Shown: piece by piece, positions 53,033 to 64,000 of the stretch
Numbering within the stretch: the stretch's first letter is position 1
How the letters are laid out: each line of letters starts with the position of its first letter
Assembly (NCBI RefSeq): GCF_006345805.1
Contig: NC_042997.1
Location: 153,078,001 to 153,142,000 of the forward strand
DNA length: 64,000 nucleotides
Direction: 5' to 3'
From: Octopus sinensis
Taxonomy: Eukaryota
The notes under the pieces: model-generated
Told to the model about the DNA's origin: nothing
Seen by the model: only the letters and a program-made list of their open reading frames with translations
The model's database searches: none
Program-made: the position numbers and the translations under genes

Positions 53033-53783
53033 GGGGAAGGGGTGTACACACAATGAAAAGAGGAAGAAGACAAAGAAAATTCTTTAACACATCTTTGATA
53101 TCTCTTTATCAACGTTATTTGCATCGGCAGTTTACGCAAATATCCTAAATGAAAATTTAGGTAATGTTTGCGGTTTTAGACATCAGGGAGACTCTTCATC
53201 ACACTTGCATCAAAGTTGTCTTTTCACATTTTGCGTCTTCCAGACCTTGTGGTTTGGCTTATATAATATATATATATATACTTGTGGGTGTGGGTGTGTT
53301 CGCGCGCACATATGTCTCTATGTAAGTAAGTAGGCACACGTCATTATACACATATAAACACGCATACAGGCAGTCAGGAACAACAGAAAAAACAAGTTAA
53401 GTCAAAACTGATAACGAGAAATATATGTCTACTCGTAGAAAAAAAATGCAGTACACATGTTTAGCTAGATGATGTTGAGTTATGGGCCGTTGATCACACA
53501 ATTTTCCCGGAGTCTTGCAAGATATGAAATGCCTAACCCTCATTACTTAATACTTGTATTTGAGGTCTCCATGCACCATGCGTATAATAATGGATATTGT
53601 CATCATCAACCTTTAGACGTTTACCCTCATTTATGTTGATATTATCCAGATCCTGCAGAAGGAACACAGTCTTCTTGAATATGTTAGACTGTTGCAGTTG
53701 TTACACTCCTGCCAAAGGAATTAATCTTTTTACCAACTCTGAACGAAAGTTAGCGATTTCTGTACCAGTATCGTCGGTGACTC

Positions 53784-54205
53784 AAGGCGGCGACCTGGCA
53801 GAACCGTTAGCACACCGGACGAAATGCGTAGCCGTATTTCGTTTACTGTTACGTTCTGAGTTCAAATTCCGCCGAGGTTGACTTTGCCTTTCATCCTTTC
53901 GGGGTCGATAAATTAAGTACCAGTAAAACACTGCGGTCGATATAATCGACTTAATCCCTTTGTCTTTCCCTGTTTGTCCTCTCTGTGTATAGCCCCTTGT
54001 GGGTAGTAAAGAAATAGGTATTTCGTCTGCGGCTACATTCTGAGTACAAATTCTGCCGAGGTCGACTTTGCCTTTCATCCTTTCGCGGTCGATTAAATAA
54101 GTACTAGTTACGCACTGAGGTCGATGTAATCGACTTAATCCCTTTGTCTGTCCTTGTTAGTCCCCTCTGTGTTTAGCCCATTGTGGGTAGTAAAGAAATA
54201 GGTAT
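53784..54205 (+). mobile_element. SINE-B dimer plus start of a third unit
   Basis: Junctions AAAGAAATA|GGTAT at 54016/54017 and 54200/54201. Confidence 0.85.
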
Positions 54206-54939
54206 CGTTGGTGACGACAATCCACAAATAATGACAGCGTATTCATTTTCTGCATTTAATTGAAATCTGACATGTTGATACCATCGATATATTCGAAAGA
54301 GAAATGAGAAAATTAGTGTTAGGTGTGAGTTCACAAATACCCACCGCACCCTTTGTGTACATGTATGTGTATGTACAATATACGAATATACATGTGCGCT
54401 CTAACTGTTGCGCTTCTCTTTCTCTCTCTTCGTGCCTCTCACTCCCTCTACTTTTCATACCACTCGCTCCTGCTGATTTCCACCACTATTTTACGTCAGT
54501 TTTTTTGGTTTCCAAGCGTCACGTGTCCAGGAATTCTCTGCGTTCAGGTTGTACCCAATTTTATATCTTCTCTCTACGGCAATATTTCCTTGTTCGTCTC
54601 TGTTTTAAATCGAACGATACGTTCTTTTGTTCTTTTTCTATATTTGTTATCCTTTTTTGTACTATTCTTTTGTCTTTGTCCCGTTTGTTTTCAGTCGTAA
54701 GAATTTTTTAAAGCCTTTTGTATTTTCAAATCTTGGACTCTGTTTTCTGTGAATCCGGACACATTTCAGTTGAAAAGTACTAAATTTTTCAAGCGCTGAT
54801 ATCTTAATGACTCCGGATAAGAAGATAGTAGATAGAATAGGTTTATCTATGTCTATTTCTTTTTCTTTTTTACTGTTAGTTGTCACACTAGTCCTTCGCC
54901 ATTATTTTGAATGTATATGTAGAAGTAATATATGTGTGT

Positions 54940-55096
54940 AGGAGTGACTGTGTGGTAAGTAGATTGCTTACGAACCACATGGTTCCGGGTTCAGTACCAC
55001 TGCGTGGCACCTTGGGAAAGTGTCTTCTACTATAGCCTCGGGCCAACCAAAGTCTTGTGAGCGGATTTGGTAGACGGAAACTGAAAGAAGCCCGTC

Positions 55097-55167
<71 letters not shown>

Positions 55168-55386
55168 GTGTGTGTGTGTGTATGTTTGTATGCCCGTGTT
55201 TGCCCCCCTAACATCGCTTGACAACCGATGATGTTTACGTCTCCGTAACTTAGCGGTTCAGTAAAAAAGGCCGATGGAATAAGTACTAGGCTTACGAAGA
55301 ATAAGTCCTGAGGTCGATTTGCTCGACTAAAGGCAGTGGTCCAGCATGGCCACAGTCACATGACTGAAACAAGTAAAAGAGTAAAG
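54940..55386 (+). mobile_element. SINE-A whose tail is the target of the MITE
   Basis: Family head, (TA)n/(TG)n, tail AAGTAAAAGAGTAAAG. Confidence 0.85.
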
Positions 55387-56140
55387 GGATCTTTTCCTTT
55401 TGAACGGCAGTTTTCAACACAATTTCTAATTAACTAAACACTTTTAAACTTTGTATAAATAAGACATTTTTTTTCTTGGCTTTCTTGAGAAAATTGTAAT
55501 TTGTAAGTTTAACGTAGTTTAATTTTTCGAATTTTAACCAATCCTATGCCCTCTATTTAGCTAAAATCATTTGCTGCGTCTAAAACTGAGAACATCCTGT
55601 CACTAACCCTAACTCTAACCCTAACCCTAAATTTTAGCCTTTCGTTTTTTCTTTCTTAATCGTTAAATTAATTAAATTGTTACGCGTATCTCTAAAATTA
55701 TTCGTTTTGTTTTTGTTTTGAGTTTTTGCTTTCGTTTTAGCCTTTCGTTTTCTTTTCTTAATTGTTAAATTAAATTATTTTCCATTGCTTTCGTTTTAGC
55801 CTTTCGTTTTTTTTTTCTTAATTATTATCCTTAAATTAATTTAACAATTAAGAAAAAAAAAACGAAAGGCTAAAATTTAGGGTTAGGGTGAGTGTTAGGG
55901 TTGGTGACAGGATGTTGTCTGTTTTAGACGCAGCAAATGATTTTAGCTAAATAGAGGGCATAGGATTGGTTAAAATTCGAAAAATTAAACTACGTTAAAC
56001 AAACAAATTACAATTTTCTCAAGAAAGCCAAGACAAAAAAAAATGTTTTATTTTGTCACATTCTACCAGTATACGAAGTTTAAAAGTGTTTAGTTAACTA
56101 GAATTTGTGTTGAAAACTGCCGTTCAAGAGGAAAATATCC
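55387..56140. mobile_element. Long-TIR non-autonomous DNA transposon, 8-bp TSD (Merlin-like termini)
   Basis: Ends GGATCTTTTCC / GGAAAATATCC; ~280-bp imperfect TIRs; GAGTAAAG at 55379-55386 and 56141-56148. Confidence 0.85.
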
Positions 56141-57051
56141 GAGTAAAGAGTATATAGGACTTGAAAATACTCTATTTAAAAAGGTGTATTCATATTTACA
56201 TAATCGGTTGAAACAGTGCTGCATAGCTCCAAGTACCCCGATCTCACTAATTTAAAAAATCATGGAACAGCAAAACTAGCCAAATAAAAGTAAATACATC
56301 TTTTCGGAGACTCCAAGTCGTTTTCAACTTCTTTTGTTTATATTTCAAGCTGGAAAACAGATAGCATTTCCCTCTGTGTGTATATTTGTGAACAGTTGTG
56401 CATGTAGTAATTTATGTATATATATATATATTATATATATATATATGTACATGTATTTATGTATATATATTATATATAATATATATATATATATATGTAC
56501 ATGTATTATGTATATATGTATGTTTATATCTATGTATGCATGTAGGTATAGTATAGTATATTTTCATATGACAGTCTTCGCCCTAAGCTATGCATATATT
56601 CTATATAACAGCTAGACGCATGGATTTTATCTACCAACTTTCAATTTTAATATATTAGTTAACTGAAGTTTATGCTAGAGTACTACAAGAGACTTGCTCA
56701 GAGACGTGCCATGCTGTAAGACATAGAGACCGAATCTGACGCAAACTTTTGAAGCACGGACATATGTACTTGCGCCTACAACTGTACCTTTGTTTGTCTG
56801 TGTGAAAGCGTGTGTATGGGTGCGCGAATGTATCAGTATGTGTAAATGCGTGGTGTATACATTTGTAGTTGTGTACTTATTACACGTTTGAAAGTATATA
56901 CGTGTGTGTGTGTTTGTAATTACGTGTGTATGAATGATTACATGTCTATGTGTGAGTGTGTGCAAGTAGAATTCCTTTATGTTAGGTGAATGATTTCGGA
57001 GTTTTTACATCACAAAACATACAAATAATCATTGGACATATTATCTTTAAA

Positions 57052-57122
<71 letters not shown>

Positions 57123-58950
57123 CGTGTAAATAAGTACCATTCAAGTATTCTTATCGATATGACCGGCTATACCGTCACACCAAATAAGTAACTGGATGCC
57201 TATGTTTAGAAATTATATCTTTCATAGCAAAAATAAGTGTATCATATGATGTGTTGCTTCGTATGAATGCCTACTGAAAACATCGATTTCACGCAGTGAT
57301 TAATGCTTGAGTCAGTCTAAAGAAATCAACCTGTTGATATCCAGAATTTGAAAATAAATGAAACACTTATTCATTATGTATTCCCCACCCCCAACCCGAT
57401 ACTTAAATCAGTGAGATGTACAGCCAGGGTACCTTTTCCAGTTGAGAGAATATGACAATTTTACACTTGTTTTTGATCATGGATATAGTGCAGCTCCAAC
57501 GGCGGACTATTAATTTGGTCTCTTTGGACTTGTTCCACGGCATTCTACGTCCAATGTTAGTTTTAATAAGGGTGATGGCTTGGCGAAATAATTAAAGCAT
57601 CGGGAAACATAATTCTCTTTTTTTCTTATAAATCTCTTTGGGTCCTGTATTCATATTCCACCGAATTCAACGTTGTCTTTCACGCACACCAGGTCGATAA
57701 AATAAAGTACTAGAAATGTTCCGTTTCAATATAATCGATTAAACTTCTCCCCGAAATTTGAGGTCATTTGGCTACAATGGAAATGAATACTTTCCGGCAA
57801 ATTTTTTTTCTTCTGTTTTTCTTTGAATTGTCAGTAAATTACAAAAGAACCTAGGAGTAATAATCTCAGTTATATTTTGTAATCCTATATTTACTGATAT
57901 TTATCCCATTCTATTTCTCTGCCAGTCAACTTCCACCTTCCTCGACCACCATCATTTTTATTTAACATGTCATCACCTCATGCTGAGATTGATAAATAAG
58001 CGGGATTAGATATCTCAGCGTTGGTAGTTCATTTCTCATAACAGCCTTGCGTTTCTCAATTTAATGTAATGATATCTTTATTTTGAACCAACATGCCAAA
58101 CGGTAAATTTCTTGGCTGAGATTTATATCTGGAAAAAAATTCATTTTAGCAGGATCGTTAACAGAATTTGTAAACGTGGAATTCAATTCAAAAATAACTA
58201 TCATTTACTTATTTACATGTTGTTCAAAGAAATCTAATATACTAAGTCTAGACAAAAAGTTTCAATATTAGCTCTTCATCCGAGTTAACAGAGCCATTGA
58301 TATCTCCTGGCTTATTGTTTTCTGTTAATCTGTAATGTTTCCCTTTCTTAAATAGTCAATTTTTCAAATATTATACCAATAATAATTTACTTTTAGTATA
58401 ACAGAATGCTTGTAATGCGTTGCATGTAAACAGTTCTGGTGATTGCGAGTTTTTTTATTATGGTAAAGTTTAATTCCTTTTAGCGGAATAAATTAACTAC
58501 AATTAGATTAACATATATGATACCTGTCAGACTATGTTTTGACTGCTGTGTATGTGCTTTGCGACGATTACTACAATATATAGACACCTACAAGATAAGC
58601 TAACAGCAAAGAGATGATTAAAATTCACACCAATGTTAACGAATATAAGGAGGGTTATTATTTCAAGTTGTTAACTGTTCATAGCTCAACGTTTTTCCTT
58701 TAGATGGATGTCTAGAATAATACTGTAGTTTAATATTTAGTCTGAAGAGTTATCTAAGCAAGTATTATTCGATATAGATTAAAATTATGAGATTGATGAC
58801 GTTGCTCAGATAGTTTGTGTACAAAATTAGGTAGCTCTATAAACTGTTCTTCTGTAGATACAGCTGCAGAATATCATTTTTCTTACGACATACATGAATT
58901 TGTTCTAACCAAAATGAATTGTTAATGAAGAAGCATTTAAGAAATATGTG

Positions 58951-59255
58951 GGGGCGTAATGACCGAGTGCTTAGGGTAGCGTACTCCCTGTCGGAGGATC
59001 GCGGTTTCGATTCCCAGACCGGGCGTTGTGTGTGTTTATTGAGCGAAAACACCTTAAAGCTCCATGAGGCTCCGACAGGGGGTGGTGGCGACCCCTGTCG
59101 TACTCTTTCGCCACAACTTTCTCTCACTCTTCCTGTTTCTTGAGTAACGCTGCGATGGAATGGCGTCCCGTCCAGCTGGGGGGGGGGACGCATACGCCAC
59201 AGAAACCGGGAAACCGGGCCCATGAGCCTGGCTAGGCTTGAGATGGGCGAGAAAT
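58951..59255 (+). mobile_element. tRNA-derived SINE with V-domain-like segment
   Basis: Head TGACCGAGTG...GGTTTCGATTCCC; CTGCGATGGAATGGCGTCCCGTCCAG...CAGAAACCGGG resembles the V-SINE domain from memory. Confidence 0.6.
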
Positions 59256-60372
59256 TTAGGAAATATATTAAGTAAATAATAAATTTTTTCCTGCGTTTTG
59301 CATCGAGTTCAAATAAACTGTGAATCTAAAGAACTGTACATTTTGATATAATCAAATATAATTTATTGCTTAATGCAATGCTATGTTTTACTTATAATTA
59401 GGCGTGCAGCTATATGGCTCCGTGGATTAGGTTTTCTTGTGTTCCCGTATTTTCTGATGAAAAACAAGAAATTTTCTTCTCAGTAAAATTCAAAACCTAA
59501 GCTCAGATTTCCTCTTCTGATAATGTACATCAGCACCTACCGACTAAAAGTGTTTATTTTTACCACCAAATTGTTACACTCTATCCATAAAGTCATTGCT
59601 GAATATGTTTTACAAAGTATTTATTTAAATTTAGAACACATGTTTTGAGCTGCTACGTTCTTGAAGATCTATTTCAGGGAAGTCAAAATAAAATAAAATA
59701 ACTGTTCATGTTATTTTACAAAAGATTTATTTCGTTAAACGTATTTTAATAATTCAAACCACTTGCAGCAAGTAATAGTTGATCTCGAAATATTCCAAAA
59801 GCAATAATTAATAAATTTGATTTTGCGATAACAACTTTCCGAAACTGATATGCAATGTATCGCAGTTAAACGCGATTTCGAGAAGCATTGTCTTTTCCTT
59901 CTCCTGAAAATACCCAGAAGCAAAGGCGTTAAATTGTTGATTAAACTCTCTCACGAAAACTGTTGATACTTTACATTAAATTGAACATCCTTCACTGGGT
60001 TTTCTGACACTTTTCCTTCATAGCTATCCAACATTATCAACATTTCTGCAAACCCTATCAACTGTCGAATATAGATTTATATTGTATGAAAAAGAACTTG
60101 TTTTAAAAATTAAGGTATTTGACATAAAATGAGTATTATGTATCTACAAAAAAAATTGCATGCTGTTATTCTTTCTTTTGCTCCAGCCTGTGGAGTGTAG
60201 CAATACTGGGACACACCTTAAATAACATTAGTCGATAAATTGATTCAAATACAATTTTTAATGTAGGAATACTCTATTGTCTCTTTCTTTTTCGAGCTGT
60301 TAGTGTTACAGACATAAGCTAATGACAGATGGCAAACAGTGAAGGTCAAATACAAGCACAAATACGTATACG

Positions 60373-60423
<51 letters not shown>

Positions 60424-60675
60424 GACACACATGCGGTGGAATTCTTGGATATAAAAAATGAGATTTTCAACAGAATATAGCCCTACATCTGTTTGGTCCA
60501 TTTATATAATGTGTTGATCTTTCCACTATGCTCCACTTAAATTGTGTGAGGTGTGCCGTTGGTCTTCATTGAAAGAGGCACAGACAAGACAAATAGAGAA
60601 TAAAGAGAGAAAAAATGAGATTCAAAAAAATGGAGAGAAAGCAAGGAGAGAGGAAACGGAAAGAAGAAAGTAACA

Positions 60676-60737
60676 AAGGAAGGAGAAATATGTTGGACAA
60701 CCGTAAAAGGAAGGAGAGAATATGTTGGACAACCGTA
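60676..60737. repeat. ~31-bp tandem duplication
   Basis: AAGGAAGGAG[A/AG]AATATGTTGGACAACCGTA x2. Confidence 0.8.
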
Positions 60738-61204
60738 TAGGTTACAGTAATGAGGAACGATAAACAATCAAACAAGATTTGACAAGGACATTTAAATTAA
60801 TTTTATTAATAGAATTCAACATGATGTATGGTAAAAAAAAAGAGACTACTTTTTACCAACCGTCATGTAGCTAAATTAAATTAAATGAAATTGATTTAAA
60901 TGTCCATGTCATGTTTTTCCTAATTTTTTGCTTTTCCTCGCTGCTTTAACTTATATCTACTGACACAAAACATCTAACCGTTTTGAACAAGAGAATCACA
61001 TACCACGCCTCCAACTGCTGTTCAAACTGGAATTTTAGTGGCCCACTTATTTCAGCACTTAGAACGCATACCTCTTAGCTCGAGTTACTTTCACGAAAAC
61101 TTCTATCTTTCTTTTGCACCATGTGCTGTGCTTTTGGCGCAAAACAAAACCAGTACGCTAATGGAATATAACGTGACGGTCTTGAATTATAGATAGCTAA
61201 ATAG

Positions 61205-61313
<109 letters not shown>

Positions 61314-61745
61314 CACGCACCCACAGGTACACACACACAGATATATATTTATATATATATATAGATAGATAGATGAAACATTAGTGCAAAGAAGTGTTTA
61401 GGTATCAGCAGAATTTAGGTTAGTTGAAATGTGTGTCGCATATTTCAACTGCTAAAAGGTGACTCCAGTTACCGTAGAAGAAAATCTCTCTTATGGTAAA
61501 AATGTGTGGAAACACCCAATTCAGTCTGAGTCGCCATCTGTTAGGGATCCCAGACATCGATGTTTCGATTTTTTTTACTCTTGTCAATGACAAGAGTGTG
61601 ACAGATATATTTGAAATAACCTAAATATACATATAACATATGGTATAATTATAAACAGGATAACTTTTAGCGATTTCTTCGCAGACTGAAATGGTGATGA
61701 ACAACCTTAACCGATTTTCGAACATTGTTGGGTTCTCATCAGAGG

Positions 61746-61990
61746 TGTCCACATCATTCTGGCAGTCTCCAGAGAACCAAACAACCAACGTGTTTATATA
61801 CGCAACAAATGTACCAGTTACTCTATGAATCAGTCCCTGATTTGCATACCGAAAGTGTTTAACTCTCTATAAATTAAACACTTTCGGTATGCAAATCAGG
61901 GACTGATTCATAGAGTAACTGGTACATTTGTTGCGTATATAAACACGTTGGTTGTTTGGTTCTCTGGAGACTGCCAGAATGATGTGGACA
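61746..61990. repeat. Perfect inverted repeat: 117-bp arms, 11-nt loop
   Basis: 61746-61862 is the reverse complement of 61874-61990; loop CTCTCTATAAA. Confidence 0.95.
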
Positions 61991-62169
61991 GGAGCTTGTC
62001 AACGGGGATCTTAGTCCACAAAATATCAAGATATAATATAATAAATATGTAATATATGGTACAATTATAAACCGGGCAAATTTTAGCTATTTCTCTGCAG
62101 ACTGAAAAAACGATGACCAACATTAATCTACATATATATATATATATAGATACATATATATATATATAG

Positions 62170-62206
<37 letters not shown>

Positions 62207-62694
62207 GCACTACATTTCTCCACTCTCGGTTTTCGGCTAATTTCTTTCTTTCTCCTCCTTCACTTTCTCTGTATTGCATTTGACGTTTAATTTATTAACG
62301 GTTTAAAGAAATAACTTGCCAGCGTTCCCTTTATCATATACGCAGTCATCACATTCGGATAAAATGGCTTATTGATGTATCTTGCTTCTCTTTTTTCCCT
62401 GACGAGAAGATCGCATTGTTTTACATCATTTTATTTCCTCTAGAATCATACCAATGTTTTCTTTGAAACATATATAGGAAGTACAAAGATTTGAATAACA
62501 CCTGCGTTTAGTCCGTTTCGTTATTTATCTGTTATACAAAAACATTTCACTAAATCCTGGAATTTCTACCTTTATAAGTAGGCTGTAACATCGTTGGTAC
62601 TTATGTGAATTTTTTCATACCCTGATAACTAATTATTTACTTTTTCCAAGTTATTTGTACACATGAAAAATATACAAACATATATATATATAAG

Positions 62695-62896
62695 GATAAT
62701 AAGTCACGGTAGAAAATACTAAAATGATTTTATCATGAAAAACATTTTAGTACCGGTTTCAGTCATTGAGACTTTTTCAACTCTAAGTATAGAAATCAAT
62801 TAAATTGTGGAAAAATTAAATGAAAAGTTTTTAAATATTTCTATAATATTCAAATACAAGTGACAATTTCCTTGTTTCTGCCTCTCTCTCTCTCTT

Positions 62897-62933
<37 letters not shown>

Positions 62934-63130
62934 TTACTCTTGTGTATTTGAGGTAGTTATGATTTCTTGTCTTTGATTAAGCAGTAGTAGTAGTAAAGTA
63001 AGGGGGTGGCAGAGAAGAAGAAGAAAAGAATGTGGGATTGATATGATAGTAGGATATTAAATGGTCAAGCCCTGAAAGTGACTCATTGTGGATGATAGTA
63101 GTGATTGGGACTGTTTTTAATGAATTCTTG
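62695..63130 (-). mobile_element. PLE 3' region in inverted orientation, with hammerhead motif at 62749-62782
   Basis: Inverted homolog of 63655-63990 and homolog of the 30115 palindrome arm. Confidence 0.7.
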
Positions 63131-63219
63131 AGGTATCTCTTTTGAATGTATCTATGAAAATGTATCTATGAAAGTCTTCTAACACAAACCCGAATACGCT
63201 CAACATCAACACTGAAGCC

Positions 63220-63600
63220 GTCAGTAAAAAAGACCCAACTGTGGGATATGAGTCAATTTAATCGAGGGATCAGACTTTTCCTTCAAGCAGGAACAACATT
63301 TCTCAGCGAAAAGCAACTTCACATGTGCTTCGGAGAACCTGGTATACGCACTAACCTGCTCTCGGTGTCAAGAGCAATACATAGGCCAAACAAAAAATAG
63401 TCTATGTCAAAGATCCCAGATCAAAATTCCGAAGCAGAAGAATAGCATTCAGTCAACACATCGACATTTGCGCCAATAACAAAAATCCCAGCTTCAAAAT
63501 GTTCCCCTCTATCAATTCAGGGATGATACAACCTGTAGTCAACGAATTAGTAAAGAGTCGTTCTTTATCACAAAATACAGATTTCTTTTGAGTGCATCTA
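63220..63600 (+). pseudogene. Penelope-like GIY-YIG endonuclease remnant
   Basis: RPNCGI*VNLIEG...SNFTCASENLVYALTCSRCQEQYIGQTKNSLCQR and QRISKESFFITKY; fits the PLE FTC.S.N.VY...C..C...YIG.T pattern; stop and frameshifts present. Confidence 0.85.
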
Positions 63601-63654
63601 CAACAAATAGTATAATCAGCACGACCTTAGAATAACACACGCAAATATTAAAAA

Positions 63655-64000
63655 CAAGAATTCATTTAAAAACAGTCCCAATCATTGCTATATTCCACAA
63701 CGAGTCACTTTTAGGTCACTTGGCCATTTAACATCCTACTACTATCACACCACTCCCGCATTCTTTTATTATTCTTTCTCTTCTACGTCTTCTTCTTCTT
63801 CTACTTCTTCTTCTTCTCTGCCACCTTAACTACTACTTCTGCTTAAACAGTGAAAGACAAGAATTCATAAATACCTTGAACCCACAAGAGTAAAAAAAGA
63901 GAGACTGACAGGCAGAAACAAGGGAAATGCCCCTTGTATTTGAATACTATAGAAATATTTTTTTATTTTTCATTAATTTTTCCACAATCTTTGGGTGAGA
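63655..64000 (+). mobile_element. PLE 3' UTR, running off the window end
   Basis: Follows the GIY-YIG remnant; inverted relative to 62805-63130. Confidence 0.7.

Noticed and set aside
55603-55904. TTAGGG/CCCTAA runs as a telomere or fusion site
   Set aside because: Only 4-5 degenerate units, lying symmetrically inside the TIRs of a TSD-bounded element.

Overview
Eukaryotic, very AT-rich, microsatellite-saturated genomic DNA with no host protein-coding gene that I can support. The repeat complement is what I recognise from octopod cephalopod genomes; this is an inference and was not checked by search. Most ORFs in the track are microsatellite read-throughs. The window is a transposon landscape. 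It holds two abundant tRNA-derived SINE families (my labels: SINE-A, with an internal TA/TG microsatellite; SINE-B, often multimeric, with two alternative tails) and two rarer SINEs (CORE-like, V-like). It also holds remnants of RLE-type non-LTR retrotransposons sitting in (AAT)n and (TACA)n tracts, Penelope-like (PLE) remnants including a GIY-YIG fragment, a non-autonomous Helitron, mariner derivatives, and a long-TIR MITE with an 8-bp TSD. Four observations stand out. (1) A 2.8-kb fold-back concatemer of a near-identical 491-bp unit sits inside the (TA)n of a SINE-A copy. (2) A full-length U6 snRNA is fused to a full-length SINE-B inside one 14-bp target-site duplication. (3) Several minimal hammerhead-ribozyme motifs at PLE-type ends carry three different palindromic stem IIIs, and two of them lie in a 226-bp-arm fold-back. 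(4) SINE-B multimers reuse one fixed junction at five loci.
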